From: Candidatus Caldarchaeales archaeon
Lineage (GTDB): Archaea; Thermoproteota; Nitrososphaeria_A; Caldarchaeales; Calditenuaceae
DNA length: 64,000 bases
Direction: 5' to 3'
Assembly: GCA_039630085.1 (NCBI GenBank)
Contig: JBCNVM010000001.1
Location: 64,001 to 128,000 of the forward strand
Shown here one piece after another: positions 9,494 to 18,963 of this stretch. Position numbers and translations under genes: made by a program. The notes below the pieces were generated by a model that had not been told where the DNA came from, did no database searches, and saw nothing but the letters and a program-made list of their open reading frames with translations. Positions within the stretch are counted from its first letter, which is position 1. The number at the start of each line of letters is the position of its first letter.

Positions 9494-9913
9494 ATGAAGG
9501 TCGCGACCTACGAGTTCAGGCTCCGGACGAGGGGCGAGGGCGACGTGCTGGACGTCACGGACCGGGTCGCCGAGGCGGTCTCGAGGTCGGGCGTGAAGGA
9601 GGGGATGGCGAACGCCTTCGTCGCGGGCTCGACCGCGGCGGTCTCGACGATGGAGTACGAGCCCGGGCTGATCGAGGACCTCCCAAGGATGCTGGAGCAC
9701 GTCGCTCCGAAGTCCGAGGTCTACAAGCACCACCTCCGCTGGGGCGACGACAACGGCCACTCCCACGTCAGGGCCACGATCATAGGGCCCAGCGTCACGG
9801 TCCCGGTCAGCGGCGGGAGGCCTCTGCTCGGGACGTGGCAGCAGGTCGTACTCATCGAGCTCGACACGAGGCCGCGGGAGAGGAGACTGATCGTTACGGT
9901 CATGGGCGAGTGA
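9494..9913 (+). CDS. yjbQ: YjbQ/UPF0047 family protein (secondary thiamine-phosphate synthase-like)
   Basis: GSTAAV, EYEPGL, DNGHSHVRA, LLGTWQQV. Confidence 0.88.
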   Translation: MKVATYEFRLRTRGEGDVLDVTDRVAEAVSRSGVKEGMANAFVAGSTAAVSTMEYEPGLIEDLPRMLEHVAPKSEVYKHHLRWGDDNGHSHVRATIIGPSVTVPVSGGRPLLGTWQQVVLIELDTRPRERRLIVTVMGE

Positions 9914-9958
9914 CCAGCGGGAACTCGCCGACCTGCCCGCAGGTGCCAGGTGCTCCGG

Positions 9959-10624
9959 TCAGCCCGTGAGGGACCTGAGGGCTAGGATCACGGCGAGGGC
10001 AGTGGCCGGGACGATCACGTTGTCGTCGACCGGCCCGAACTCGAACCTCTCGACCAGCGAGGCCAGCAGCCCAGCCACGGCGCCGGGGACGCCGAGGACC
10101 GCGAAACCGTACGGAACGCAGAACCCCATCATCGCGAGGTTCCCCATGAAGGCCTTCGTCCTCCTTCGGTGGAGGGCGTTCCTTACGAAGCCCGTGACGC
10201 CGTCGCCCACCGCCATGAACATCACCGGCACTACGGCGAGCCAGAGGTCGTTCAGGAGGAACCCGACGAACACGACCGCTCCCCACATCAGTATGAAGTT
10301 GACCTCGTACATGTTCTCCTTCACTTGGTACCAATAGAACAGCTTCCCCCTCAGATGTGGGAGAAGGTTGCCGATCGCCAGCACCGCGACCATCAGCCCG
10401 ATCATCGTGTAAGACTTGTAGAGATAGGGGACGAGCGCCGCGACAACGCCTCCGGCCAGCACGTGGATGACCTTGCGGTTGTAATATACCGCGACGTGGT
10501 GCTCCGAGCCCCTCCTCCTCATCGCTTCGTAGGTCCACTTGGTGAGGACCAGTGCGACGAAGAGCACCCAACTCAGAAGCACGGCGGTGTAGATAACCTC
10601 CTCAACGGAGGGCACTGACAGCAC
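9959..10624 (-). CDS. polyprenol/dolichol (phytol) kinase-like CTP-dependent membrane kinase
   Basis: Multi-TM protein with RKVIH, GDG, RRTK-x-x-x-G and DDN motifs. Confidence 0.75.
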   Translation of the reverse strand: MLSVPSVEEVIYTAVLLSWVLFVALVLTKWTYEAMRRRGSEHHVAVYYNRKVIHVLAGGVVAALVPYLYKSYTMIGLMVAVLAIGNLLPHLRGKLFYWYQVKENMYEVNFILMWGAVVFVGFLLNDLWLAVVPVMFMAVGDGVTGFVRNALHRRRTKAFMGNLAMMGFCVPYGFAVLGVPGAVAGLLASLVERFEFGPVDDNVIVPATALAVILALRSLTG

Positions 10625-10672
10625 GAGTTCTCTGTTGTTGGGCTCCGTATAAGGAGTTGCGGGGTTTCCTCC

Positions 10673-11638
10673 TCAGCCGGTGCCCCTCTCCTGCATCCTC
10701 AGCTCGAGGGTCTTCAGGTCGAGTCCAGCCATCGACTTCGTCTCGGAGACCATCCTCTGCGCCTCCGTGACCACCTCAGGCCTGTCCCAGTAGGTAGTCG
10801 CGAGCACGATGGCCTTCGCCCTCTCGAGCGGATCGCTGGACTTGAAGATCCCCGAGCCGACGAAGATCCCGTCGCACCCGAGGCCCATCATCAGCGCCGC
10901 GTCCGCAGGGGTCGCTATTCCGCCAGCGGCGAAGTTCACTACGGGCAGCCTTCCCAGCCTCGCGGTCTCGACGACGACCTCGTAGGAGACCCGCATCTCC
11001 CTGGCGGCCCTCACGAGCTCCTGCTCGTCGCCCTCCTCGTAGACCGCCCTGATCCTCCTGATCTCGGCCTTAACGATTCTCATGTGCCTGACTGCCTCGG
11101 CGACGTTCCCGGTCCCCGGCTCGCCCTTGGTCCTGATCATCGAGGCTCCCTCCTCGATCCTCCTGAGGGCCTCGCCGAGGTCCCTGGCTCCGCAGACGAA
11201 GGGCGTCGTGAAGTCCCACTTCCAGATGTGCCTCTCCTCGTCTGCAGGCGTCAGCACCTCGGACTCGTCGATCATGTCGACCCCGACCTCCTCCAACACC
11301 TTCGCCTCCCACGTGTGCCCGATCCTGCACTTCGCCATGACCGGTATCGTGACGTGGTCCATGATCTCCTCGATGACCTTGACCGAGGCCGTCCTCGCGA
11401 CCCCTCCGGCCTTCCTGACGTCGTAGGGGAGCTTGTCGAGGACCATCACCGCGACCGCGCCGGCGTCCTCAGCGATCTGCGCCTGCTCGACGGTCGTCAC
11501 GTCCATCACGACGCCGTGCTTCAGCATGTGCGCGAACCCCCTCTTGACCAGAGTCGTGCCCCTCCTCACTAGGGCGCCGTAACCCTCGGAGGTCCTGACG
11601 CCCGGCGCCTCCCTCTCGGAGAGGACGAGCGAGATCAT
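10673..11638 (-). CDS. pdxS: pyridoxal 5'-phosphate synthase lyase subunit
   Basis: [51 protein letters not shown]; ATG at 11638 preceded by GGAGGA. Confidence 0.95.
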   Translation of the reverse strand: MISLVLSEREAPGVRTSEGYGALVRRGTTLVKRGFAHMLKHGVVMDVTTVEQAQIAEDAGAVAVMVLDKLPYDVRKAGGVARTASVKVIEEIMDHVTIPVMAKCRIGHTWEAKVLEEVGVDMIDESEVLTPADEERHIWKWDFTTPFVCGARDLGEALRRIEEGASMIRTKGEPGTGNVAEAVRHMRIVKAEIRRIRAVYEEGDEQELVRAAREMRVSYEVVVETARLGRLPVVNFAAGGIATPADAALMMGLGCDGIFVGSGIFKSSDPLERAKAIVLATTYWDRPEVVTEAQRMVSETKSMAGLDLKTLELRMQERGTG

Positions 11639-11692
11639 TCCTCCGGCGAATGGTCGACCCCACAATAAGAGTTTACCCGGAACTCTCACCGC

Positions 11693-12253
11693 TCAAGTCA
11701 GTCCTATCCTCCTCGCCTTCCCCGAGGAGACGAGCGGTCCGGCCAGCTCTCGAGGCAAGGCCGCAAGGCTTCCCCTCCTGAAGGGCCCCCTCTTCTTGCC
11801 AGAGGCGTCGACGAGCGCGGGGACGTCCTCCAGCACGGCCACCGTCACCGTCTCCCTCCTCGCGAAGCCCCTCGAGAGGTCTAAGGTCCTAGAGCACTCC
11901 CCGACGAACTCGGCGTAGTCCTCGAGGAGCGACCTGAGCTCGGAGTAGAGGCTCTGCTCGAACGGGAGGGCCTCGCCGGGGTCGGAACCGGTCTGTGCGG
12001 CCCTGATCAGGATCTTGAGCCTCTCCCTGAGGAGCTCCGAGGTCATCAGCGTGAGGGCCCCGAGCTCGGCCTCCTTCAACCTGCAAGCGAGGGACCTCCT
12101 GTCGGCGACCGTCCTGATCGACTGCCTCAGCTGGGACGCCCTCGACCTGAGCAGGTCGGTCAGCGACCGGGGGACGGTCACCAGCGTCGCGCTCTTCCTC
12201 TGCTCCTCGAGCGCCTTCAGGAGCGCCTCGTAAACAGTACCGGCCTCGCCCAT
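11693..12253 (-). CDS. DNA replication GINS complex subunit GINS15 (Gins51)
   Basis: Helical A-domain (ERLKIL..., LPFEQSLY) followed by C-terminal B-domain VAVLEDVPALVDASGKKRGPFRRGSLAALPRELAGPLVSSGKA. Confidence 0.7.
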   Translation of the reverse strand: MGEAGTVYEALLKALEEQRKSATLVTVPRSLTDLLRSRASQLRQSIRTVADRRSLACRLKEAELGALTLMTSELLRERLKILIRAAQTGSDPGEALPFEQSLYSELRSLLEDYAEFVGECSRTLDLSRGFARRETVTVAVLEDVPALVDASGKKRGPFRRGSLAALPRELAGPLVSSGKARRIGLT

Positions 12254-12339
12254 TACCTATCGGCGTCTGAGGGCCGTGATATTATCCTGAATGCCCACGG
12301 GCCGGACGAGGTTATCAACCAGGCGCAGCGCTCGCCGGC

Positions 12340-12903
12340 GTGGCAGCGAAGCTGAGGTTCGTCACCTCCAACGAGGGTAAGTGGCTCGAGGTCTCGAGGC
12401 TCCTGTCGTCGATGGGAATCGAGTGCGAGTGGGTCAGGGCAAAACTGACGGAGGTCCAGTCCGACGACCTCTCCGAGATAGCACGGAGGTCCGCGGTCGA
12501 GGCCTACGGCGAGTTCGGTGGTCCGGTGGCCGTGGAGGACGCGGGGCTCTTCGTTGAAGCGCTGCGGGGCTTCCCCGGTCCCTACTCCTCCTACGTCTAC
12601 AGGACGATCGGGGTCGAGGGGCTCCTGAAGTTGATGTCGGGCGTCGAGGACCGGAGCGCGTACTTCCTATCAGCGGTGGGCTTCGCCGACTCCGACGGGA
12701 ACGTCGCGGTCTTCACGGGCCGCGTCGACGGGCGGATCGCTCACGCGCCCCGGGGCTCGAGCGGCTTCGGCTTCGATCCGGTCTTCGTACCCGAGGGAGA
12801 GACGAGGACCTTCGCCGAGATGGCGGCCGACGAGAAGAACCTGTACTCCCACAGGGCCAGGGCCTTCAGGTCGCTGGCGGAGCACCTACTGCGCCGGCGC
12901 TGA
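12340..12903 (+). CDS. rdgB: non-canonical purine NTP pyrophosphatase (RdgB/HAM1)
   Basis: TSNEGK, EDAGLFVEAL-GFPGPYS, GFGFDPVF, KNLYSHRARA. Confidence 0.95.
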   Translation: MAAKLRFVTSNEGKWLEVSRLLSSMGIECEWVRAKLTEVQSDDLSEIARRSAVEAYGEFGGPVAVEDAGLFVEALRGFPGPYSSYVYRTIGVEGLLKLMSGVEDRSAYFLSAVGFADSDGNVAVFTGRVDGRIAHAPRGSSGFGFDPVFVPEGETRTFAEMAADEKNLYSHRARAFRSLAEHLLRRR

Positions 12904-12935
12904 TCGCACGGCCACCGACGTTTAGGGCTCGAACA

Positions 12936-14048
12936 TCAGGGCTCCGAATCCATGACGGAGAACCTCGTGACGTAGAGGCCGTCATCGCCGGGCATGACGT
13001 AGATCCTGTCGCTGTAAATGAGCGTGAGCCCGTTGACGAAGTTGTGGAGCTCCTTCGGCGTCATCAGGTAGTTGTTCTCGAGGAGCGAGAAGGCCGCGGC
13101 CAACTCGAGGGCCCTCAGGCCCACGGGCTCCCTCCCTCCTCCCGAGAGCGACCTGAAGGACCTCGAGAGCTCCTGGAGCACGACCTGCTTCGTGGGGGCC
13201 TTCACGTACTTCACGTAGAGCGGCGCGACCGAGGAGAAGAGCGCATCGGTCCCTGAAGACGGCGGGAACTCCATCGCCTTCCTGAAGGCATCGGCGTTGG
13301 AGAGGAGGAACGGCGTGGCGGCGTACTTCCCCCTTCCGACCTTCTCGACGAGGCCGAGGTCGACCAGCCACTCGATCCTCGGGGGCGCGATGTGCCTGTA
13401 CTTCGCGTAGAGGGTGCTCCTGATCCAGTCGGCCTTCCTCCCGTAGCTTTCTCTGATCTCCCTGAACTTCATCGCCTCCTCGAGCTTCTGGAGGTATTCG
13501 GCCTTCCTCCTCCTACCTGCACTGGACGCGGCGAGCCTAAGGGCCTCCGGGTAGACCTCCTCCATGAGGTAGTTCATGCCGTCGTTCCTGCTGAACTCCC
13601 TCCTCTCCGTCACGAAGTGTATCAGCCTCTTCAGGACCAGGTGGTCCCTGGAGTAGACCGCGTGGAGCATGAAGAACCTCTCGAAGGGGCTGAGGGAGAT
13701 GAGGTCCCTGTGGGCAAGCCTCGCGTCGCCCCTGACCAGCGCGACGAACTTCGCGGATGACCTCAGCGAGACGAAGAGCTTCCCCATCGGCCCTAGCAGT
13801 CCGGACCTCGGACTGACGAACCCCAGCTCCTTCGCGAGCGTCACGTAGTTCCTCGCCGTGACAGGGTTCCTGATCACGCCGGTGGTTTTTGCCTCGGTGG
13901 GGCTGGAGAAGGGAGCGTTGGCGGAGATGTTGTTGAGGACAGCGGCGACGTACTCCAGCGAGGCGCTCCCCTCGAGCGTTGCCGCTACGGCCGCGATGAC
14001 CCTGAGGTAGCCGAGCCTGCAGACCTCGCCGTGGGTCTCAACGAGCAA
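12936..14048 (-). CDS. hypothetical protein with probable tandem winged-helix DNA-binding domains
   Basis: 370-aa ORF overlapping the MTase stop by 11 nt; wHTH-like segments TARNYVTLAKELGFV...LGPMGK and PRIEWLVDLGLVEKVGRGKYAATP. Confidence 0.6.
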   Translation of the reverse strand: MLVETHGEVCRLGYLRVIAAVAATLEGSASLEYVAAVLNNISANAPFSSPTEAKTTGVIRNPVTARNYVTLAKELGFVSPRSGLLGPMGKLFVSLRSSAKFVALVRGDARLAHRDLISLSPFERFFMLHAVYSRDHLVLKRLIHFVTERREFSRNDGMNYLMEEVYPEALRLAASSAGRRRKAEYLQKLEEAMKFREIRESYGRKADWIRSTLYAKYRHIAPPRIEWLVDLGLVEKVGRGKYAATPFLLSNADAFRKAMEFPPSSGTDALFSSVAPLYVKYVKAPTKQVVLQELSRSFRSLSGGGREPVGLRALELAAAFSLLENNYLMTPKELHNFVNGLTLIYSDRIYVMPGDDGLYVTRFSVMDSEP

Positions 14049-15222
14049 CGGCGATCAGCCCGCCGCGACCCGCTGCTAGGGGGCGCTCCGCTGCGGCCTC
14101 GGGCTTCCTAAGCTCCAGGACCACCTCCCTCCTCACGCCCTGGTCGGCGCCGAGGTACATCAGGTACTTCTTCTCCTTGGGGATCTCGTCCGTGATCACC
14201 CTCACCGGCTCGAACCCCGTACCCTCAACGACGTCCAGCAAGAGCTCGGCCATGTTGACCGTCTCGCCCCTCAGCCTCACGACGCCCAACACCAAGAAGC
14301 AGGACCCGCCCGGCCTCAGGACCCTGTTGAACTCCCTCAAGAACTCCTCGGCGAAGGAGAGGAACCTGCTCACCGAGTCCGTGTGGAAGAGCCTCTTGGC
14401 CACTTCCCTGTAGTCGTGGCCGAGGAACCAGAGCCTCAGCCAGTTGTCCCATGCGTACGTCTGCATGTTGAAGTAGGGCGGGGAGGTGACGATCAGGTCG
14501 ACGGACTCGGGAGGAAGGGGCAGGGAACGGGCGTCGCCGTCGAACGCGATCCCCTTGACCGGGGGCAGCCCGTCAGCGAGGACCCTCTCGGCGCGCCTCA
14601 GAATGCAGTCGGCCACGTTCCTCTCGGGCCTTTTTAGCCCCGAAACCCTGACGGCCTTCTCGACGTACCTGGGCGACATAGAGAAGGAGTGGGAGCACTT
14701 GACCGAGAGCGAGTCCGAGGAGGATCCGTGAAGTATTCCCAGCATCACCGCCGTCACGAAGTAGTCGACGTCCGTCTCGGGCTCGGAGAGCAGCTCCCTC
14801 GCGGCCAGTACCTGCCTAAGCGTGCTCCTGCTGTAGAAGACCTGGACTTCCTCCGGAGCGTCGGTGCCCCGGTAGGACTCGATGAAGCTCCTGTTCCTCC
14901 AAACCCAATCGACGACCTCCTCAAACCTCACGGGCCTGATCTTCGCCCTCGTGAGCACGTAGGCCTCCGGCGCGAGGTCGTTGCCCAGACCGATCCGTCC
15001 CGCGAGGCAGGCCTCGAGCGGCGCGGTGCCCTTCCCGGAGAACGGGTCGAGAACCACCGCACCCGGCCTCGAGAACCTCTCGACGAAGAACCTCGCGAGT
15101 GCTGGCGGGAATGAGCCTGTCCTTGAGCAGAGCGAGTGCAGCGAGTGGCCGTCTGACCTCCTCGCGCCCTTCCAAGTCCCCTCAAGCTCCCAAGCGGAGA
15201 CGCACTCGACCTGCCGGAGCAT
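14038..15222 (-). CDS. amino-(N4-cytosine/N6-adenine) DNA methyltransferase
   Basis: SAM-binding motif I VLDPFSGKGT near the N-terminus, catalytic motif IV VDLIVTSPPY later (alpha-like order); SPPY is typical of m4C MTases. Confidence 0.8.
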   Translation of the reverse strand: MLRQVECVSAWELEGTWKGARRSDGHSLHSLCSRTGSFPPALARFFVERFSRPGAVVLDPFSGKGTAPLEACLAGRIGLGNDLAPEAYVLTRAKIRPVRFEEVVDWVWRNRSFIESYRGTDAPEEVQVFYSRSTLRQVLAARELLSEPETDVDYFVTAVMLGILHGSSSDSLSVKCSHSFSMSPRYVEKAVRVSGLKRPERNVADCILRRAERVLADGLPPVKGIAFDGDARSLPLPPESVDLIVTSPPYFNMQTYAWDNWLRLWFLGHDYREVAKRLFHTDSVSRFLSFAEEFLREFNRVLRPGGSCFLVLGVVRLRGETVNMAELLLDVVEGTGFEPVRVITDEIPKEKKYLMYLGADQGVRREVVLELRKPEAAAERPLAAGRGGLIAVAR

Positions 15223-15286
15223 CGTCGACGTGCCTTGGCCAGAGACCTCCTATAACGCTGATGTGTAATCGTTCGCGACAACATAT

Positions 15287-15339
15287 TTTGAGAATCCGTG
15301 AGGAATCGACGAAGAACTTCCCCGTTATGTTTGAGAATC
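15287..15339. repeat. TTTGAGAATC direct repeat (2 exact copies plus a degenerate one) in the AT-rich region upstream of the MTase
   Basis: Exact copies at 15287-15296 and 15330-15339; TGAGGAATC at 15299-15307. Confidence 0.55.
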
Positions 15340-15371
15340 GTCCTACCGCTCTCCCATGTATTACTATGAGA

Positions 15372-17936
15372 TCACCGGCGAGGAACTCTGCGCTTACGCA
15401 GAGATATCGCGATACCCGCTGCGACGGCTGCGAGGGACGCCCAGAGGGCCGCTTGGATCGCGACCTCGAGGGGTATCGGTGAGCCGAGGAACGCGATGAA
15501 CGGGACGCTTATCGAAGCCTCTCCCTGGGCGGTCATCGTGAACCTTCGGCCGTCGACTATCACCACGACCTCGAAGGGGGCATGGAGGGCTGGGAGGCCC
15601 GGGAAGCGCGCGGTGCCCGTCAGGTCGGTAGTCGCGGTCCCGTACGTCAGGCCGGACTTGAGGACGTAGACCCTCGCGCCGGGGAGGGGCGACCCGAGCT
15701 GGTCCGAGACCCTCACCGTCAGCGAGGTCTGGGGGACGCTGATCGATATCGGCGCTCCGGCGTGGGAGATCCTGCCCTTCGCGACCTCGAGGCCGCGGGC
15801 GTCGACGACGCTGTAACCGTACTCGCCGAACGGCAGCGTCGATGTCCTCGAAGGCACTCCGGCCCTCAGGGGCATCGCTAGTCTCGAGCCCGCGAACTCT
15901 AGGATCAACGCCCCGTCCAACCTCGAGCCGTCCTCCCAGACCACGATCACGGAGATGTCTCCGACCGGCAGGGCGAGGTCCGCGGCCGGCCAGACCTCCG
16001 AAGCCCGGAGGCTCCGCGAGAGGAGGTGAAAGGTAGCGTTCATGGCCCTGAACGACACGTCGAGCCTCAGCTCCACGTCCGGCACGCCGACCAGCCTCAC
16101 CGATGTCCCGTTTCCGGAGCTGACGGCGTCGAGGTAGGTCACGCGCCAGGAGACGTTCAAGGGCCTGGACGAGGCGTCGAGGAACCTGAGCTCGACGTCG
16201 TAGACCCTGGTCCTGAGCTGAACGACCACATCGGACGTCAGACTGATCACGGACTCGTGGACCACGACCCCCTTGTAAACGACAGAGACGGCGTGGCTTC
16301 CTCCGGGGAAGAGGTCGAAGGAGATCTCCCCCGTCCTCAGGGTGATCTCCCTGCCGAGGGCCCTCAGCGCGGCGTCCCTCAGCGGCCTGCCGTCCTGGGT
16401 GACCAAGCCGATCGAGAGCCTGTAGAGCGGGAACGAGAAGGTCACGCTGCGTCCCGGCACGGCCTCCGCCTCCCTCACGTGGACCGTCCCCAGCGAGTCG
16501 TTGACGCTCGCCCGCACCTTGTAAGCCACGACCGGCAGCTGGAGGAGCTCAGCTCGGCCGTCCCTCGAGGCGACGGCGGTGAACGTCCTGCCCCGAGGGT
16601 CAGTGAGGCTCACGGTCGCCGCCAGCGGCCTCCCCATGCCGTCGGTCACGGTCACAGAGATGTCGTCGAGCGCTGAGGTCAAGGTCACTGAGGGCGGCAG
16701 CCTGCCGTAGGTCGGGTGGTAGCCGACGTACCTGGTGACCCTTCCGACCTCGAAGCCCATCACCTCCAGCGATGCCGTGTAGTTCCCCGTCGGGACCAGG
16801 CGGAACTCCGCGGTGCCGTTGAAGACCCTCGCCTCCGATGGAACGGTGATCGCCGCGAACACAATCTCGATGGGCGTCAGCCTCGCGACTCCCTCCTTGA
16901 CCGGCCTGCCCTTCGCGTCGACGGCGCTCAGCCTGAGCGTGTAGAGCTCGGTCCTGATGGACCCTGACCTCGCGAGTTCGAGGGCCGTTGCGTCGAAGAC
17001 CGAAACCGGTATTGGGTCTGGTGCGTAGGGCGTCTTGAAGAGGACTGTGACGCTGTAGACGAACCTTTCTGGCAGCCTAGTGAACGCGACGTATCCTTCT
17101 CCGTCCGAGGAGAGCCTCAGCGAGTATTGAGCGTAGACGTGGGCCTGCAGCCTGACCTCGGCCCCCGCGAGCGGCATCCTCCCCTCGTTGTCGAGGAGCC
17201 TCAGCCTGAAGGTCCTGAACGGCGCCACCTCGAGGTCCCCGACGACCCGGACCTCGGGCAGACCGAAAGGCCTCCCGAACGTGTAAGTGGTTCCCCCGAC
17301 CGTGGCGTCCACCTCCACGTTCGGCCTGCTGTTACCGAGGAGCTCTGTGGGGAGGTCCGCAGGGACTCGGAACTCGAACCTCAGGTCGAGCCTGAAGGCG
17401 GAGGTCGAGCCGGTCGCGATGTAGCCCGGGACGTCGAAGGACAGGAGCGACCTCTCCACGGCCCTCTCCGCGTAGAGTGCCCTTCCGAGGCCGGGCCACG
17501 GGAACCAGACCCTAACGGCCTTCACGTGGACAGACCTCCCGACGCAGACTCCTCTGACGACCAGCGTGTAGTCCGAGACGGGAATCGCGCCGACCATCCT
17601 GGTCGCGTTGACCGAGAAGGTGTAGTTGAGGACGAGGTTCTGCTGCTTCAGGTAGTCCAGCCGGCCCTTGAGCTCCTCGAGTTGGGCGTCGGTCAGGTTC
17701 CTGAGGAAGGCGTGGGTCGCGTACGTGAACTTCACCGAGGGCGTCCTCGATGCGCAGTCGAGGTTGAACAGGGACGCTTCGATGGTGCCGGACTCGCCGG
17801 GGTAAAGCGGCCCTCCAGAGACCTGGACCAGGAAGTCCCAATTAGGCTGGGAGTGAGCTGGCTCCGGCGCCACCGAGACCAGTACGAGGACGAGGGTCAA
17901 GAGGGACGTCGCCAGCGACAGCGCCCTCAGATGCAT
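15372..17936 (-). CDS. large cell-surface protein with repeated carboxypeptidase-regulatory-like beta-sandwich domains
   Basis: Signal peptide MHLRALSLATSLLTLVLVLVSVAPEPAHS, about 7 repeats of (V/L)xDxxGRPL-x-x-A-x-V, C-terminal TM plus basic tail LRKRRVPRR. Confidence 0.75.
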   Translation of the reverse strand: MHLRALSLATSLLTLVLVLVSVAPEPAHSQPNWDFLVQVSGGPLYPGESGTIEASLFNLDCASRTPSVKFTYATHAFLRNLTDAQLEELKGRLDYLKQQNLVLNYTFSVNATRMVGAIPVSDYTLVVRGVCVGRSVHVKAVRVWFPWPGLGRALYAERAVERSLLSFDVPGYIATGSTSAFRLDLRFEFRVPADLPTELLGNSRPNVEVDATVGGTTYTFGRPFGLPEVRVVGDLEVAPFRTFRLRLLDNEGRMPLAGAEVRLQAHVYAQYSLRLSSDGEGYVAFTRLPERFVYSVTVLFKTPYAPDPIPVSVFDATALELARSGSIRTELYTLRLSAVDAKGRPVKEGVARLTPIEIVFAAITVPSEARVFNGTAEFRLVPTGNYTASLEVMGFEVGRVTRYVGYHPTYGRLPPSVTLTSALDDISVTVTDGMGRPLAATVSLTDPRGRTFTAVASRDGRAELLQLPVVAYKVRASVNDSLGTVHVREAEAVPGRSVTFSFPLYRLSIGLVTQDGRPLRDAALRALGREITLRTGEISFDLFPGGSHAVSVVYKGVVVHESVISLTSDVVVQLRTRVYDVELRFLDASSRPLNVSWRVTYLDAVSSGNGTSVRLVGVPDVELRLDVSFRAMNATFHLLSRSLRASEVWPAADLALPVGDISVIVVWEDGSRLDGALILEFAGSRLAMPLRAGVPSRTSTLPFGEYGYSVVDARGLEVAKGRISHAGAPISISVPQTSLTVRVSDQLGSPLPGARVYVLKSGLTYGTATTDLTGTARFPGLPALHAPFEVVVIVDGRRFTMTAQGEASISVPFIAFLGSPIPLEVAIQAALWASLAAVAAGIAISLRKRRVPRR

Positions 17937-17950
17937 CCTACCCGACCGAC

Positions 17951-18907
17951 TCAACCCCCGCTCATCCTCTTGAGCAACAGGGCCGCGACCGCGGCATCCT
18001 GGACCGCGAGGCCCACGCTCTTGAAGACGGTGACCTCGTCTTCGTTCTCCCTCCCGGGCCTGATCCCAGCGACGACCTCCCCGAGCTCGGCGTGGACGTC
18101 CTCCCACCTCATCAGACCCTTTTGAACCGCCTGGATGACGTCCCCGGCCTCGGCCTTCGCGGCCTCCCTCGAGTCGACCACGACCTTTGAGGATGCGACC
18201 AGCTCGGCCTCGAGCTCGGCCATCTGCGGCGTGAAGGCCCCGATCGCGGAGATGTGGGTCCCGGGCTTGACCCACTCCGCCTTGAGGAAAGGCTCCGAAG
18301 AAGTGGTGGCGGTGATGATGACGTCGCTCCCGGCCGCGAGGCGCCTGACCCCGTCCGCGACCTCCACGTCGAGCCCGTACCTCCCCGAGGCCTCCTCCCC
18401 GAGCTCGACCGCCCTAGACCTGACGACGTCGTGGAGGAACAGCTTCTCGACCCTCATCACCTCGAGCGCCGCCCTTAGCTGCCACCTCGCCTGGTATCCG
18501 CACCCGACGATGCCGAGCGCCCCCTCCCTCGTCCTCGAGAGGTGCTTGATCGAGACGGCCGTCGCCGCGCCGGTCCTCATCCCCGTCGCAGCCCTCGCGT
18601 CCGCTAAGACCTTCGGCTCGCCGGTCGTGGGGTCGGAGATGAGGAGGGAGGCGAAGATGGTCGGGAGGCCCCTCGAGGGGTTCGCGGGGTAGACGGTGAC
18701 GTACTTCACCGAGAAGACGCCCATCTCGGGGAGGTAACAGGGCATGAGGAGGATGGTGCCTCCATGCTCCCTGACCGGCACGTGGACCCTCTGGGGCATC
18801 AGGGCCCTCCCGGTGCTGTAGAGCGCGAAAGCCCGCTCGACGGCCTCGATCACTTCCCTCATGCTCAGGGCCCGCTCGACTTCCTCGTCGCCCAGTAACC
18901 TGACCAA
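17951..18907 (-). CDS. ornithine cyclodeaminase/mu-crystallin family protein (archaeal alanine dehydrogenase-like)
   Basis: VKYVTVYPANPSRGLPTI, TGMRTGAA, GCGYQA, HISAIGA, FKSVGLAVQD. Confidence 0.88.
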   Translation of the reverse strand: MVRLLGDEEVERALSMREVIEAVERAFALYSTGRALMPQRVHVPVREHGGTILLMPCYLPEMGVFSVKYVTVYPANPSRGLPTIFASLLISDPTTGEPKVLADARAATGMRTGAATAVSIKHLSRTREGALGIVGCGYQARWQLRAALEVMRVEKLFLHDVVRSRAVELGEEASGRYGLDVEVADGVRRLAAGSDVIITATTSSEPFLKAEWVKPGTHISAIGAFTPQMAELEAELVASSKVVVDSREAAKAEAGDVIQAVQKGLMRWEDVHAELGEVVAGIRPGRENEDEVTVFKSVGLAVQDAAVAALLLKRMSGG

Positions 18908-18963
18908 GCCGCGGGTGATCGTTCGGCTCGAGATTTATCAGTGTTCCGAGGGCCTCACGGGCG

